Of a DNA stretch of 64,000 nucleotides, positions 9,412-18,796 are shown one piece after another. The translations under genes were made by a program, and so were the position numbers. Numbering within the stretch: position 1 is the first letter of the stretch; each line of letters begins with the position of its first letter. This stretch comes from Geopsychrobacteraceae bacterium (GTDB lineage Bacteria > Desulfobacterota > Desulfuromonadia > Desulfuromonadales > Geopsychrobacteraceae): contig OY759353.1 in the NCBI GenBank assembly GCA_963662315.1, positions 4,512,001 through 4,576,000 of the forward strand, in the 5' to 3' direction. The notes beneath the pieces are model-generated. The model was not told the origin of the DNA. It worked only from the letters and a program-made list of their open reading frames with translations, and searched no databases.

Positions 9412-9543
9412 ATGTCGAAATTAATCATTATTTTTATCAGTATTCTTTGGGCTTCCCTGATGTTGATTTCGTGGAGTGGTGCAACGCCTACTGCGCAGCC
9501 ACAGCCCGGAGAAGTTGTCTCGTCAGCAAATCTGCCATCCTGA
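9412..9543 (+). CDS. Small 43-aa protein with N-terminal hydrophobic helix or signal peptide (candidate, leaderless)
   Basis: MSKLIIIFISILWASLMLISWSGATPTAQPQPGEVVSSANLPS*; below the ORF-track cutoff; ATG at the predicted TSS. Confidence 0.5.
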   Translation: MSKLIIIFISILWASLMLISWSGATPTAQPQPGEVVSSANLPS

Positions 9544-9726
9544 TCGGCACGGTTCAGCATTTATTTATCCCTTTGCAGGGCGTATGGGTTTGTCTACCCA
9601 TTTTTAAGCCAAATTTGATAGCTCCCGATTTAAACGAATACCGTTCATCCAACAACTAGAATTTTTGTTCGAGCTCCTATTCCATGTGGAAGCAGCTCCC
9701 CGTATGGTGGTCTGTGTCTGTATTGC

Positions 9727-10644
9727 TCAACCGCCATACAGATCCCCCTGTTTGCTCCCTCTTTTTTCCAGTTCATCATCAATGGCGTTGAGCACTTCCC
9801 ATTTACTCATAGACCACAGCGGTGCGAGCAGAATGTCTCGTGGTCCATCGCCGGTAAGGCGTTGAATCAGGGTTGTTGGTGGCAGCCGTTCAATAAAATC
9901 AACTGCCAGCTGCACATACTCATCCATTTCAAACATCGGGACTTTACCCTGTTTATAAAGATCTCCCAGGAGGGTTCCTTCCAGAATATGCAGCAGGTGG
10001 ACTTTAATGCCATCGACTTTGAGGCGGGCCATCTCTTCGGCAGTGGCCATGACATCTTCGCGGGTTTCTCCGGGAAGTCCGAGGATAACGTGAACACACA
10101 CTCTTAAGCCGCGTTGTTTGGCTCTTTGGTAGGCATCGAGAAAGCAGGCGTAATCGTGGCCACGCTTAAGGAAGCTGAGGCTTTTATCGTGAATTGTCTG
10201 CAGCCCCATTTCCAGCCAGAAATAGGTGTTGCGATGGTATTCCGCCAGCAGGTCAAGAACCGGGTCTGCCAGACAGTCGGGGCGGGTGCCGACCGCCAGG
10301 CCGATGACGTCGTCCACGGCCAGCGCCTGGTCATAACAGCTGCGCAGATGTTCAACCGGTCCGAAGGTGTTGGAAAACGGCTGAAAGTAGGCAATGAACC
10401 ATTTAGCGCGGTATTTTCTGCGCATCAGTTCTTTGGCGCGTTCGATCTGCTCGGCGATGGAAACGTCGCGTTCAATGCCAACCGCACCGGAACCACTGGT
10501 ATCGCAGAAGATACAGCCATGTTTGTCGCGGCCACCATCCCGGTTGGGACAGCCAAATCCTGCGTCGATGGATATTTTATGGACCCGTCCCCCAAAGCGT
10601 TGCTTAAGGTAGGTAGAGTATAGATTAAAGGCTTTTTTTCGCAT
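9727..10644 (-). CDS. Radical SAM protein, YhcC/TIGR01212 family
   Basis: KISIDAGFGCPNRDG..GCIFC, AYFQPFSNT, GTRPDC, HVILGLPGE, RLTGDG. Confidence 0.9.
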   Translation of the reverse strand: MRKKAFNLYSTYLKQRFGGRVHKISIDAGFGCPNRDGGRDKHGCIFCDTSGSGAVGIERDVSIAEQIERAKELMRRKYRAKWFIAYFQPFSNTFGPVEHLRSCYDQALAVDDVIGLAVGTRPDCLADPVLDLLAEYHRNTYFWLEMGLQTIHDKSLSFLKRGHDYACFLDAYQRAKQRGLRVCVHVILGLPGETREDVMATAEEMARLKVDGIKVHLLHILEGTLLGDLYKQGKVPMFEMDEYVQLAVDFIERLPPTTLIQRLTGDGPRDILLAPLWSMSKWEVLNAIDDELEKRGSKQGDLYGG

Positions 10645-10872
10645 GGACGGCACTATGCCAGTATTGTCCTCACGGGGCAAGGCCCTTCGTATTTTTAATC
10701 TTATCTGGATTTGTAATATATTTTGCGCGATTGTTTGTTATTATTGGTTTTTATCCCTGCGCCGCTGACAAATGAGCGGATTAGGCGTATGATTTTAGAA
10801 ATCTTGTTGGGCTTCCTCTTCAGAAATCCAACTGCTTAAAGTGATTGCCTTTTGTAGAAAGCAGAAGAAACT

Positions 10873-13014
10873 ATGGTTCATGAAGTTCTTAATCAAAGTT
10901 CCGCTGCCCCTCTGAATGTCTGTATTCTCTGGCATATGCATCAGCCCGATTACCGCGACCCGATCAGTGGCCAGACCCTGCTGCCCTGGACTTGGCTGCA
11001 CGGGGTTAAAGATTATGGTGAGATGCTGGAAACCATTGCTGAAACCGGTGCCCGGGTGACGGTTAATCTGGTCCCGTCTCTGCTTGAGCAACTGGAACGT
11101 TATGTGGCTGGCCAGGATCGTGATCGTTGGCTGGAAATCATTAATCAAAATCCTGCCGAATTGACTGCTGACGAGCGCATTTTTTTGGTTAAGCAATTCT
11201 TTTCAGTCAATGAAGAAACTCAGATTCACGTGAATAAACGCTATCATCAGCTGTACCTGCAACGTGGCAGTAAGCCGGAACATACAGCTGCTACCTTCAG
11301 TGATCAGGATCTGCTTGATCTGCAGGTCTGGTTTCTGTTGGCCTGGACCGGCTCCCATATGCGTCGCAAGCAACCTTTGGTCGGCTACCTTCTGAGTCAG
11401 GGGGAAAATTTTTCGGTCAGCCAGAAGCAGGAGCTGCTTATGTGCTGTAATGAAGAACTGCAGCGCGTTCTCTCTTTTCACCGGGAACTGGAAGCAGCGG
11501 GTCTGATCGAGATCTCCGTCACGCCTTATGCCCACCCGATTTTGCCGTTGCTGTGTAATCTTCAGACCGCCCAGGAACCTTCCCCCGGGTTGCCGCTACC
11601 GGCAACCACGTTCCGCTACCCTGATGATGCCCGTCTGCAGGTACGCGAGGGGCTTGCCACGGCAAATCGGGTCTTTGGTCAACGTCAGCGCGGCATGTGG
11701 CCGGCAGAAGGCGCTGTCAGCCAGGATGCCGTACGCATTCTGCGCGAAGAAGGAGCTCTGTGGGCGGCGACAGATGAGGATATCCTGGCCCGCAGTCTGG
11801 ACACCGGGTTGGGAAATCGCAGTTTGCTGTACCGGGTTTATTCCTATGATGATTTGCCCCTCTTGTTTCGCGATCGTGAGCTGTCTGATCGGATCGGTTT
11901 TCTGTATGCGACTTGGAACACTGCAGACGCGGTCGGAGACCTGATGCGGCGTTTGCAGCACATTGCGACCATGGCCCCAGGCGGGACGGTCGCTATTATT
12001 CTGGACGGCGAGAACTGCTGGGAACGTTATCCGGATAACGGCTATCCTTTCTTGCGAGATTTTTACAAGGGCATTATAGCCGCACCGGAAATGCAGCTGA
12101 CGACAATTTCAGAGATGCTCTCCTGCACCGTACCAACTCCTTTGACCCGCCTTGCGTCGGGGTCATGGATACGGTCAGATTTCACCACGTGGATCGGACA
12201 TCCGGAAGAAAACATGGCCTGGGAACTGTTGGCCCAGACTCGCCGCGAACTGTTTAGCGATGAAATCCAGCAGGCCTTGGCCAGCCCCGACCAACCTTTA
12301 AGCGAACTGGTCCGGGAACTACTAAGAGCCGAGGGTAGTGATTGGTTCTGGTGGTATGGCGATGAGCATGTGACCGCCCAAGCCGATATTTTTGATCGCC
12401 TGTTCCGCCTCCACATCGAGGGGCTCTATCATCTCAAGCATATGCCGGTTCCGGCGCGTATTAACCAGGCCATCAAACCGGTGGTCAAGAAGGTCACGGG
12501 ATTCGAACCGACAGCCTGCTTCACTCCACAGATCGATGGTCGGATCGGGGATTATTTTGAATGGCTGTCGGCAGGTCTTATTGATCTGGCCAGTGGTGGT
12601 GCCATGTATTCCAGTCGGGGCGGACTTGAGTCCCTTTATTATGGCTATGATGACAGAAATCTTTATTTCCGCATTAATCAGGCCGAACTGCTTAAACGCT
12701 TGTGCCGGGAGCAGGGCTACTTCGAAATGCGTATCACGGCCAAGCAGTTGTTTTATGCCCGTTTTAACTTTGCCGACAGCTTGCTGTGGGTGTGTAGTGA
12801 AGGAGAGTCCCTTGGTCAGGGGGAAGGGGTCTGCAATCATGTCCTGGAAATGGCGATTCCCCTTAATCTGTTGGGGCTCAAGGTTGGTGACAGTATTAAC
12901 CTGACCTGTCATGCGGTACGCGATGGTCGGGAAAACGGTCGCTGGCCAGCAGAAGGGCACGCCGGACTGTGCTACCGTGGGCATACTCTTGATGAGAATA
13001 ACTGGTCGGTATGA
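10873..13014 (+). CDS. Glycoside hydrolase family 57 (amylopullulanase-like)
   Basis: WHMHQPDY, PYAHPILPLL, GMWPAEGAVS, ILDGENCWE, AEGSDWFWW conserved regions. Confidence 0.92.
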   Translation: MVHEVLNQSSAAPLNVCILWHMHQPDYRDPISGQTLLPWTWLHGVKDYGEMLETIAETGARVTVNLVPSLLEQLERYVAGQDRDRWLEIINQNPAELTADERIFLVKQFFSVNEETQIHVNKRYHQLYLQRGSKPEHTAATFSDQDLLDLQVWFLLAWTGSHMRRKQPLVGYLLSQGENFSVSQKQELLMCCNEELQRVLSFHRELEAAGLIEISVTPYAHPILPLLCNLQTAQEPSPGLPLPATTFRYPDDARLQVREGLATANRVFGQRQRGMWPAEGAVSQDAVRILREEGALWAATDEDILARSLDTGLGNRSLLYRVYSYDDLPLLFRDRELSDRIGFLYATWNTADAVGDLMRRLQHIATMAPGGTVAIILDGENCWERYPDNGYPFLRDFYKGIIAAPEMQLTTISEMLSCTVPTPLTRLASGSWIRSDFTTWIGHPEENMAWELLAQTRRELFSDEIQQALASPDQPLSELVRELLRAEGSDWFWWYGDEHVTAQADIFDRLFRLHIEGLYHLKHMPVPARINQAIKPVVKKVTGFEPTACFTPQIDGRIGDYFEWLSAGLIDLASGGAMYSSRGGLESLYYGYDDRNLYFRINQAELLKRLCREQGYFEMRITAKQLFYARFNFADSLLWVCSEGESLGQGEGVCNHVLEMAIPLNLLGLKVGDSINLTCHAVRDGRENGRWPAEGHAGLCYRGHTLDENNWSV

Positions 13015-13121
13015 ACCTGAGGATGTCGGATTGCAAGATGAAGAATAATTGAAATGCCACCTTTTCCCTAACCGCATTTTTGCAATAATTGAGGAAAAGT
13101 GGCTATGAAAGGATAACCATT

Positions 13122-14168
13122 GTGTCTGAACTACGCTGGGATCCATTAAGAGATACCTGGGTTATTATGACCCTGAGTCAGGGGCGCTGGCCCCTCGATT
13201 TTTCCCACCCCCCTGAAGTTTTAACCACCAGAGCCTGTCCTTTCTGTGCCGGCAACGAGAGCCGTACTCCGCCGGAAATTCTGGCCTATCGGCCAGGCGG
13301 AAGTGCTCCCAACCAGCCTGGCTGGCAGGTGCGGGTCATTCCAAACCGTTTTCCGGCGTTGCGGATAGAAGGAGAACTGGAAAGTCGCGCTGAAGGACTT
13401 TACGATTGTATGAACGGCATTGGTGCGCATGAGGTCATTATTGAAACCCCTGAGCATGGAGCGACCCTGGCTGATATGAGCGAGGACCAGATCACGGAAG
13501 TTTTGAAGGTGTACCGGGCGCGTATGCTTGATTTGCGCAATGACAGTCGTTTTCGGTATCTGTTCATCTGCAAGAATCACGGGGTGGGTGCCGCTTCACA
13601 TATTCCTCATTCCCATTCCCAGCTGATCGCTGTTCCGGTGCTTCCTCCCATGGTGGCCACCGAACTGCGGACCAGTCGTGAACATTATGAGCGCAAGCAG
13701 CGCTGTCTGCTCTGTGACCTGATTCGCCAGGAGCAACGGGCGGCTTCGCGGGTCGTCAGTGATGATGGGAACTATATTGTCTATGCACCCTACGCGGCCA
13801 AGTTCCCCTTTGGTGTGCTCATTGCCCCGGTTGCTCATCACTACGATTTTACCCAGCAGAATGATGTACAGCTGCGCCAGCTTGCCAGTGTCTTGCGTGA
13901 TATGTTGCGGCGTATCCGAGCTGTGTTGCGTGACCCGCCGTTCTCGTTTGTCCTGCATAGCTCACCACCCATGCATTTACGCTGGGGACGTCAGGATGAA
14001 TGGATGGCACTGTCCAACTATTTTCACTGGCATATTGAACTGGCTCCCAAGTTGACGCGTTCAACCGGTTTCGACTGGGGGTCAGGGTTTCATATCAATC
14101 CTACTCCACCGGAAGAAGCCGCCGATTTTTTACGGCGTGCTGACCTAACCCAAGAAGATATCTCATGA
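13122..14168 (+). CDS. galT: GalT-like nucleotidyltransferase (galactose-1-P uridylyltransferase / ADP-glucose phosphorylase family)
   Basis: ELRWDPL, CPFCAGNE, RVIPNRFPAL, GIGAHEVIIETP, HSHSQ active site, FHWHIE; GTG 13122 follows AAGGA. Confidence 0.85.
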   Translation: MSELRWDPLRDTWVIMTLSQGRWPLDFSHPPEVLTTRACPFCAGNESRTPPEILAYRPGGSAPNQPGWQVRVIPNRFPALRIEGELESRAEGLYDCMNGIGAHEVIIETPEHGATLADMSEDQITEVLKVYRARMLDLRNDSRFRYLFICKNHGVGAASHIPHSHSQLIAVPVLPPMVATELRTSREHYERKQRCLLCDLIRQEQRAASRVVSDDGNYIVYAPYAAKFPFGVLIAPVAHHYDFTQQNDVQLRQLASVLRDMLRRIRAVLRDPPFSFVLHSSPPMHLRWGRQDEWMALSNYFHWHIELAPKLTRSTGFDWGSGFHINPTPPEEAADFLRRADLTQEDIS

Positions 14169-17100
14169 TGATGAATTTTAGTGATACCTGCTACCCTCTG
14201 AATGTTCAATGTGGCGGTAGCGCCTGGCGCGGTGCTGATCTGACTCTTCAGTTCCAGCGTCAGCCGCGACCGCAACGCACCTACTTTCGCCATCTACTTG
14301 CCGACTACCTGAATCGGGATGGTCATAAAGGTCTGACCGCGGCCGAGCTTGAATTGTGGGCGACTCTCAATCAGGTTCTACGCCAGGTGGCGATGTCCTT
14401 TCTCGGCCTGCGCCAAGGGAAGGTGCGTCATAATCAGGTTGATATTGGTGGTACGCAGATTGTATTGCCGCGTCTGGACGCGGCGTTTCGGTACTATGTG
14501 CAGGAGTTTCCTGCGTTACCGGTCGAGATGCGTGAAGTTGGTGTCGGTGAGCTGCTTAAACAGATCGACTCTGCTCAGCAGAACCATGAACTGCTCATCG
14601 AGCTGCTGTTACTTTACGTGCAGTCACGTAACCCTGCCCTGGAACCGGTGCGTCAGCTGTTTGCTGCCGAGGAGGAACGCCTTCAGCAGCATTGCGATTA
14701 CCGCGGGCAACTGTTACGGCTCGATACGGATATCCCCGCGTTTGATGATGGTTTCCGTGACCGGCCAACAACCCTTCTGGCGCGGTTGCTTGAGCCTTTG
14801 CAGCGTGGGGCCAGTCTGCGGGAACAGCTGGAGTTGTTGCGTGAGCTATGGGCCGATATCCTACCGGAAGAACTGTTGGCTCGGATCAGCAGTGCCTTTG
14901 AACAGTACGAGCGGGAAGGGTGGCGTCCCGATTTTCCGGGTGAGCCGGAACTGGAGCCCTTCAATGCCATGGTCTTCGGTGATGCAGAATATGCCAATTT
15001 CACGGTTGATACCGACTGGATGCCACGGACCGTATTGATGGCCAAGTCCACCTATGTATGGCTGGCTCAGTTGTCGCAAAAATACAGCCGTGATATCCGG
15101 ACTCTCGATCAGATTCCCGATGAAGAGCTTAATGAACTGGCCAGTCAGGGGTTCAGCAGCCTGTGGCTGATCGGGTTGTGGAAACGTTCCAAGGCGTCAC
15201 TGAAGATTAAACAACTCTACGGACAGGTCCAGGTTGCGGCATCTGCTTATGCAATTGATGAGTATGTTGTCGCCGATGATCTGGGGGGACAGGGCGCTCT
15301 GAATCAGCTCAAGGACCGCTGCCGCAGGCGCGGCATTGACCTGGCCTGCGACGTGGTCACCAATCACACTGGTATCGAGTCGGCCTGGTTGCGTGATCAT
15401 CCGGACTGGTTTATCCAGCTCCCTTATCCGCCGTACCCGGGCTATCGGTTCACCGGGCCTGACTTGAGTGAAGATCCTAACTACTCCATCCAGATTGAGG
15501 ATGGTTATTACGATCACAGTGAAGCGGCGGTTGTCTGTCGTTACCAACATCGTCACAGCGGTGAAACCCGGTTTATTTATCACGGTAATGACGGGACACA
15601 CCTGCCCTGGAATGATACCGCTCAGCTCAACTATCTGGTACCACAGGTGCGCGAGGCGATGATCCAGCTGATCATCCGGGTGGCCCGCGATTTCCGGATT
15701 ATTCGTTTTGATGCCGCCATGACTCTGGCCAAGCGCCACTTTCAGCGGCTCTGGTTTCCGTTGCCGGGTGGCGGTTCCGGGGTGCCGTCACGCCAGGACC
15801 ACGCCCTAAGTCATGAGCAGTTCAATCACTATTTTTCCATCGAGTTCTGGCGCGAGCTGGTGGATCGAGTGCGGGCCGAAGTGCCGGATACCTTGCTGAT
15901 CGCCGAAGCTTTCTGGTTGATGGAAGGTTATTTCGTCCGGACCCTGGGAATGCACCGGGTTTACAATAGCGCCTTCATGAATATGCTCAAGCGCGAGGAA
16001 AACGCCAAGTATCGCGAAACCCTGAAAAATATTCTAGAATTTGATCCGGCCATTCTGCAGCGCTTTGTCAATTTCATGAGTAACCCGGATGAAAAACCGG
16101 CCATTGAACAGTTTGGTGACGGTGATAAGTATTTCTGTGTCGCGACCATGCTGGCGACCATGCCCGGCTTACCCATGTTTGGCCATGGCCAGCTTGAAGG
16201 TTTTACTGAAAAGTATGGCATGGAGTATCTGGCGCCGCGCTACCAGGAGCAACCGAACCAGGCTTTGCAGGAACGACATCGGCGTGAATTGTTCCCTTTA
16301 CTGCGCAAGCGGGCTTTATTTAGCGGAGCCAGCAGTTTTCAGCTCTACAATTTCCTGTCGGTTTATGGTGTTGAAGAGGATGTGTTCGTTTACAGCAACC
16401 GCCTTGAAGAGCGTACCGTTCTTATCCTGTGTAACAACTCCAATAAACATATCAGCGGGCGGATCGGCGCCCCGGTGTATATGGCCGACAAGGATGGCAT
16501 TTCTTTCCAGCACGCCTGCCATATTGATCTGCACCAGGAATTTGTCCTGATGAAGGACCTGAGCACAGGGCAGCAGTATCTGCAGCCAGCTTGGTTGCTA
16601 AAGGACGGCGGGGAGTTTCAGCTGCCGCCTTATGCTCACCGTGTGGTGACTGAGTTTACCGCACTGTATGACAGAGATGGGCGCTGGCAGCAGGTCTGGC
16701 AGCGTTTTGGTGACAGTCCGAGACCGAACTATTATCTGGAGCGCGATCTGTTGCTGTTGGACGGGAGCTTGGCAAAGGTCAACACTCTGTTTGGCCTGAC
16801 AGCTGAACAGCTCGTCCCGGAAACCATTGCCCCTCTGGTCGATGAACTGGCAGAGATTTATGCCGGTCCCTTCAGTGAAATGAGTCCTGCCTGGCAAATT
16901 CAGATTCTGGTCCGTCAGCTGTTTGCTGAAGAGAATCTTGAGGAGGCGTCCTTTGAGCTGCTGGCCAATTGCCTGGAACGTTTTGATATCACTCAAAAAA
17001 GGGACTGCTTCCGTCTGTTCGACCGCCTTTTCAATGATCGCTTTTTACGGCGGCTGACCGCTGCTCATTATTATGATTATCGTGACTGGTTCAGTCAGGA

Positions 17101-18796
17101 GCGTTTCACGACATTGCAGCTGCTGCCGTTGCAATTTATCATCAGCAGGCAAGCGCGGCAGGGTCTGGATTATGCTTATATCGCCAAGGTTATTCAGCGC
17201 TTGCAACAGGTTGTTGTCCTTGCCGAGGAGAGCGGTTTCTGCTGTGATCGCCTGGTGGCCAGTCTTGATCCGACGGAGTCCCCCGATCTGCCCCTGGTTG
17301 CCAGTGACAAGGATGGCAAAAACATTCTGTTTGTTGCCTCTGAAGCGACCCCGTTTGCCAAATCGGGAGGACTGGCTGATGTCATCGGCTCGTTGCCGGT
17401 GGCTTTGCGTGAGCTGGGGCATGATGTGCGGGTCATGATTCCGGCTTATCAAATTGCTGAGGACAGGTTTCCACTGGTCAAGACCGAATACAGTCTGGAG
17501 ATTACCCTGCAAGGCGTCGCCCGGCGCGCCAGCCTGAAAGAGGCTGTCTATGACGGGGTTCCTTATTATTTTATCGATACCCCAGAGTTTTTCGATCGCC
17601 CGGCACTCTATGGAACTACCGATGGTGATTATGGTGATAACGCCCTGCGTTACGGGTTTTTCTGCCGCGCGGTTCTGGAAGCGGTTAAATTGCTCGACTT
17701 CCGTCCGGATGTTCTGCATCTGCACGACTGGCAGAGCTCCCTACTGCCGGCCTTGTTGAAAACCAGTTACCGGGATCAGGCTTTTTTCGCCCGGACTAAA
17801 ACCTTGCTGACCATTCATAATCTCGGTTACCAGGGGATGTTTTCCCTCGGGGTACTGCCGCAGCTGGAACTGCCCTATGAACTGGGGCGCCCGGACGCTT
17901 TTGAATACTACGGCGGGCTGTCTTTTCTTAAAGGGGGCATCGTCTATGCCGACCTGATCAACACCGTTTCCCCGACCTATTGTCTGGAGATTCAGGGGCA
18001 GCAGCAGGGGCACGGCTTTGACGGTATCCTGCGCAGTCGCAGCCGTGACCTGTACGGCATTATCAATGGTCTGGATGAGCGCATCTGGGACCCGGAGCAT
18101 GATCCGGCCCTGGCTTATCCTTTCAGTCATGACAACCTGAGCGGCAAATTGAGGTGTAAGCAAGCCCTGCAGCAGGACCTTGGTCTGCAGGTCGCACCTG
18201 ACATTCCATTGATTGCTGTTGTCAGTCGTTTAGACCGGCAGAAGGGGATTACCCTGATAGAAGAGATCTGGCCGCAACTGATGCAGCGTGAGGTCCAGTT
18301 TGTGCTGCTCGGCTCTGGCAATAATGAACAGATGCGTTTCTGGCAGCGACAACAGGGGCAGAATGTCGAACAGGTCTCCATTAACCTGACCTTTAATGAA
18401 CGACTTTCTCACCAGCTTTACAGTGCCGCGGATTTGCTTCTGGTGCCGAGTCGCTATGAACCTTGCGGTCTGACGCAGATGATCGCCTCTCGCTATGGTG
18501 CTTTACCCCTGGTCAGAAAGACCGGCGGTCTGGCTGATACGGTGAGCGATATCGCCGTCGATCCGGAACAGGGGAACGGCTTTGTGTTCAAAGACAGTGA
18601 TTCCACCCAACTGCTTGCGACCATTGACAGGGCGTTGGAGCTGTATGCCCAGCCCGATCAGTGGCAGGCCGTTGTTCAGCGGGGCATGGCGCGTGATTTC
18701 AGTTGGCGAAATTCTGCCTGGCAATATGAAAAGCTCTATGCTCAGTTAACGGCAGATAGCGTTACTGTGGCCAGCGTAGAGGCTTCTGATGATTGA
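14165..18796 (+). CDS. glgA: Fusion of GH13 alpha-amylase-family protein and glycogen synthase (GT5)
   Basis: GH13 regions DVVTNH, IRFDAAM, LIAEAFW, SNPDE; from ~17318 NILFVASEATPFAKSGGLADV, LHDWQ, TIHNLGYQG, SRYEPCGLTQM, RKTGGLADTV; one uninterrupted 1543-aa ORF. Confidence 0.9.
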   Translation: MMMNFSDTCYPLNVQCGGSAWRGADLTLQFQRQPRPQRTYFRHLLADYLNRDGHKGLTAAELELWATLNQVLRQVAMSFLGLRQGKVRHNQVDIGGTQIVLPRLDAAFRYYVQEFPALPVEMREVGVGELLKQIDSAQQNHELLIELLLLYVQSRNPALEPVRQLFAAEEERLQQHCDYRGQLLRLDTDIPAFDDGFRDRPTTLLARLLEPLQRGASLREQLELLRELWADILPEELLARISSAFEQYEREGWRPDFPGEPELEPFNAMVFGDAEYANFTVDTDWMPRTVLMAKSTYVWLAQLSQKYSRDIRTLDQIPDEELNELASQGFSSLWLIGLWKRSKASLKIKQLYGQVQVAASAYAIDEYVVADDLGGQGALNQLKDRCRRRGIDLACDVVTNHTGIESAWLRDHPDWFIQLPYPPYPGYRFTGPDLSEDPNYSIQIEDGYYDHSEAAVVCRYQHRHSGETRFIYHGNDGTHLPWNDTAQLNYLVPQVREAMIQLIIRVARDFRIIRFDAAMTLAKRHFQRLWFPLPGGGSGVPSRQDHALSHEQFNHYFSIEFWRELVDRVRAEVPDTLLIAEAFWLMEGYFVRTLGMHRVYNSAFMNMLKREENAKYRETLKNILEFDPAILQRFVNFMSNPDEKPAIEQFGDGDKYFCVATMLATMPGLPMFGHGQLEGFTEKYGMEYLAPRYQEQPNQALQERHRRELFPLLRKRALFSGASSFQLYNFLSVYGVEEDVFVYSNRLEERTVLILCNNSNKHISGRIGAPVYMADKDGISFQHACHIDLHQEFVLMKDLSTGQQYLQPAWLLKDGGEFQLPPYAHRVVTEFTALYDRDGRWQQVWQRFGDSPRPNYYLERDLLLLDGSLAKVNTLFGLTAEQLVPETIAPLVDELAEIYAGPFSEMSPAWQIQILVRQLFAEENLEEASFELLANCLERFDITQKRDCFRLFDRLFNDRFLRRLTAAHYYDYRDWFSQERFTTLQLLPLQFIISRQARQGLDYAYIAKVIQRLQQVVVLAEESGFCCDRLVASLDPTESPDLPLVASDKDGKNILFVASEATPFAKSGGLADVIGSLPVALRELGHDVRVMIPAYQIAEDRFPLVKTEYSLEITLQGVARRASLKEAVYDGVPYYFIDTPEFFDRPALYGTTDGDYGDNALRYGFFCRAVLEAVKLLDFRPDVLHLHDWQSSLLPALLKTSYRDQAFFARTKTLLTIHNLGYQGMFSLGVLPQLELPYELGRPDAFEYYGGLSFLKGGIVYADLINTVSPTYCLEIQGQQQGHGFDGILRSRSRDLYGIINGLDERIWDPEHDPALAYPFSHDNLSGKLRCKQALQQDLGLQVAPDIPLIAVVSRLDRQKGITLIEEIWPQLMQREVQFVLLGSGNNEQMRFWQRQQGQNVEQVSINLTFNERLSHQLYSAADLLLVPSRYEPCGLTQMIASRYGALPLVRKTGGLADTVSDIAVDPEQGNGFVFKDSDSTQLLATIDRALELYAQPDQWQAVVQRGMARDFSWRNSAWQYEKLYAQLTADSVTVASVEASDD

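Noticed and set aside
17309..17330. AAGGATGGCAAAAAC as a separate glgA start
   Set aside because: The ATG at 17313 is out of frame and has no properly spaced SD; the fusion ORF reads through
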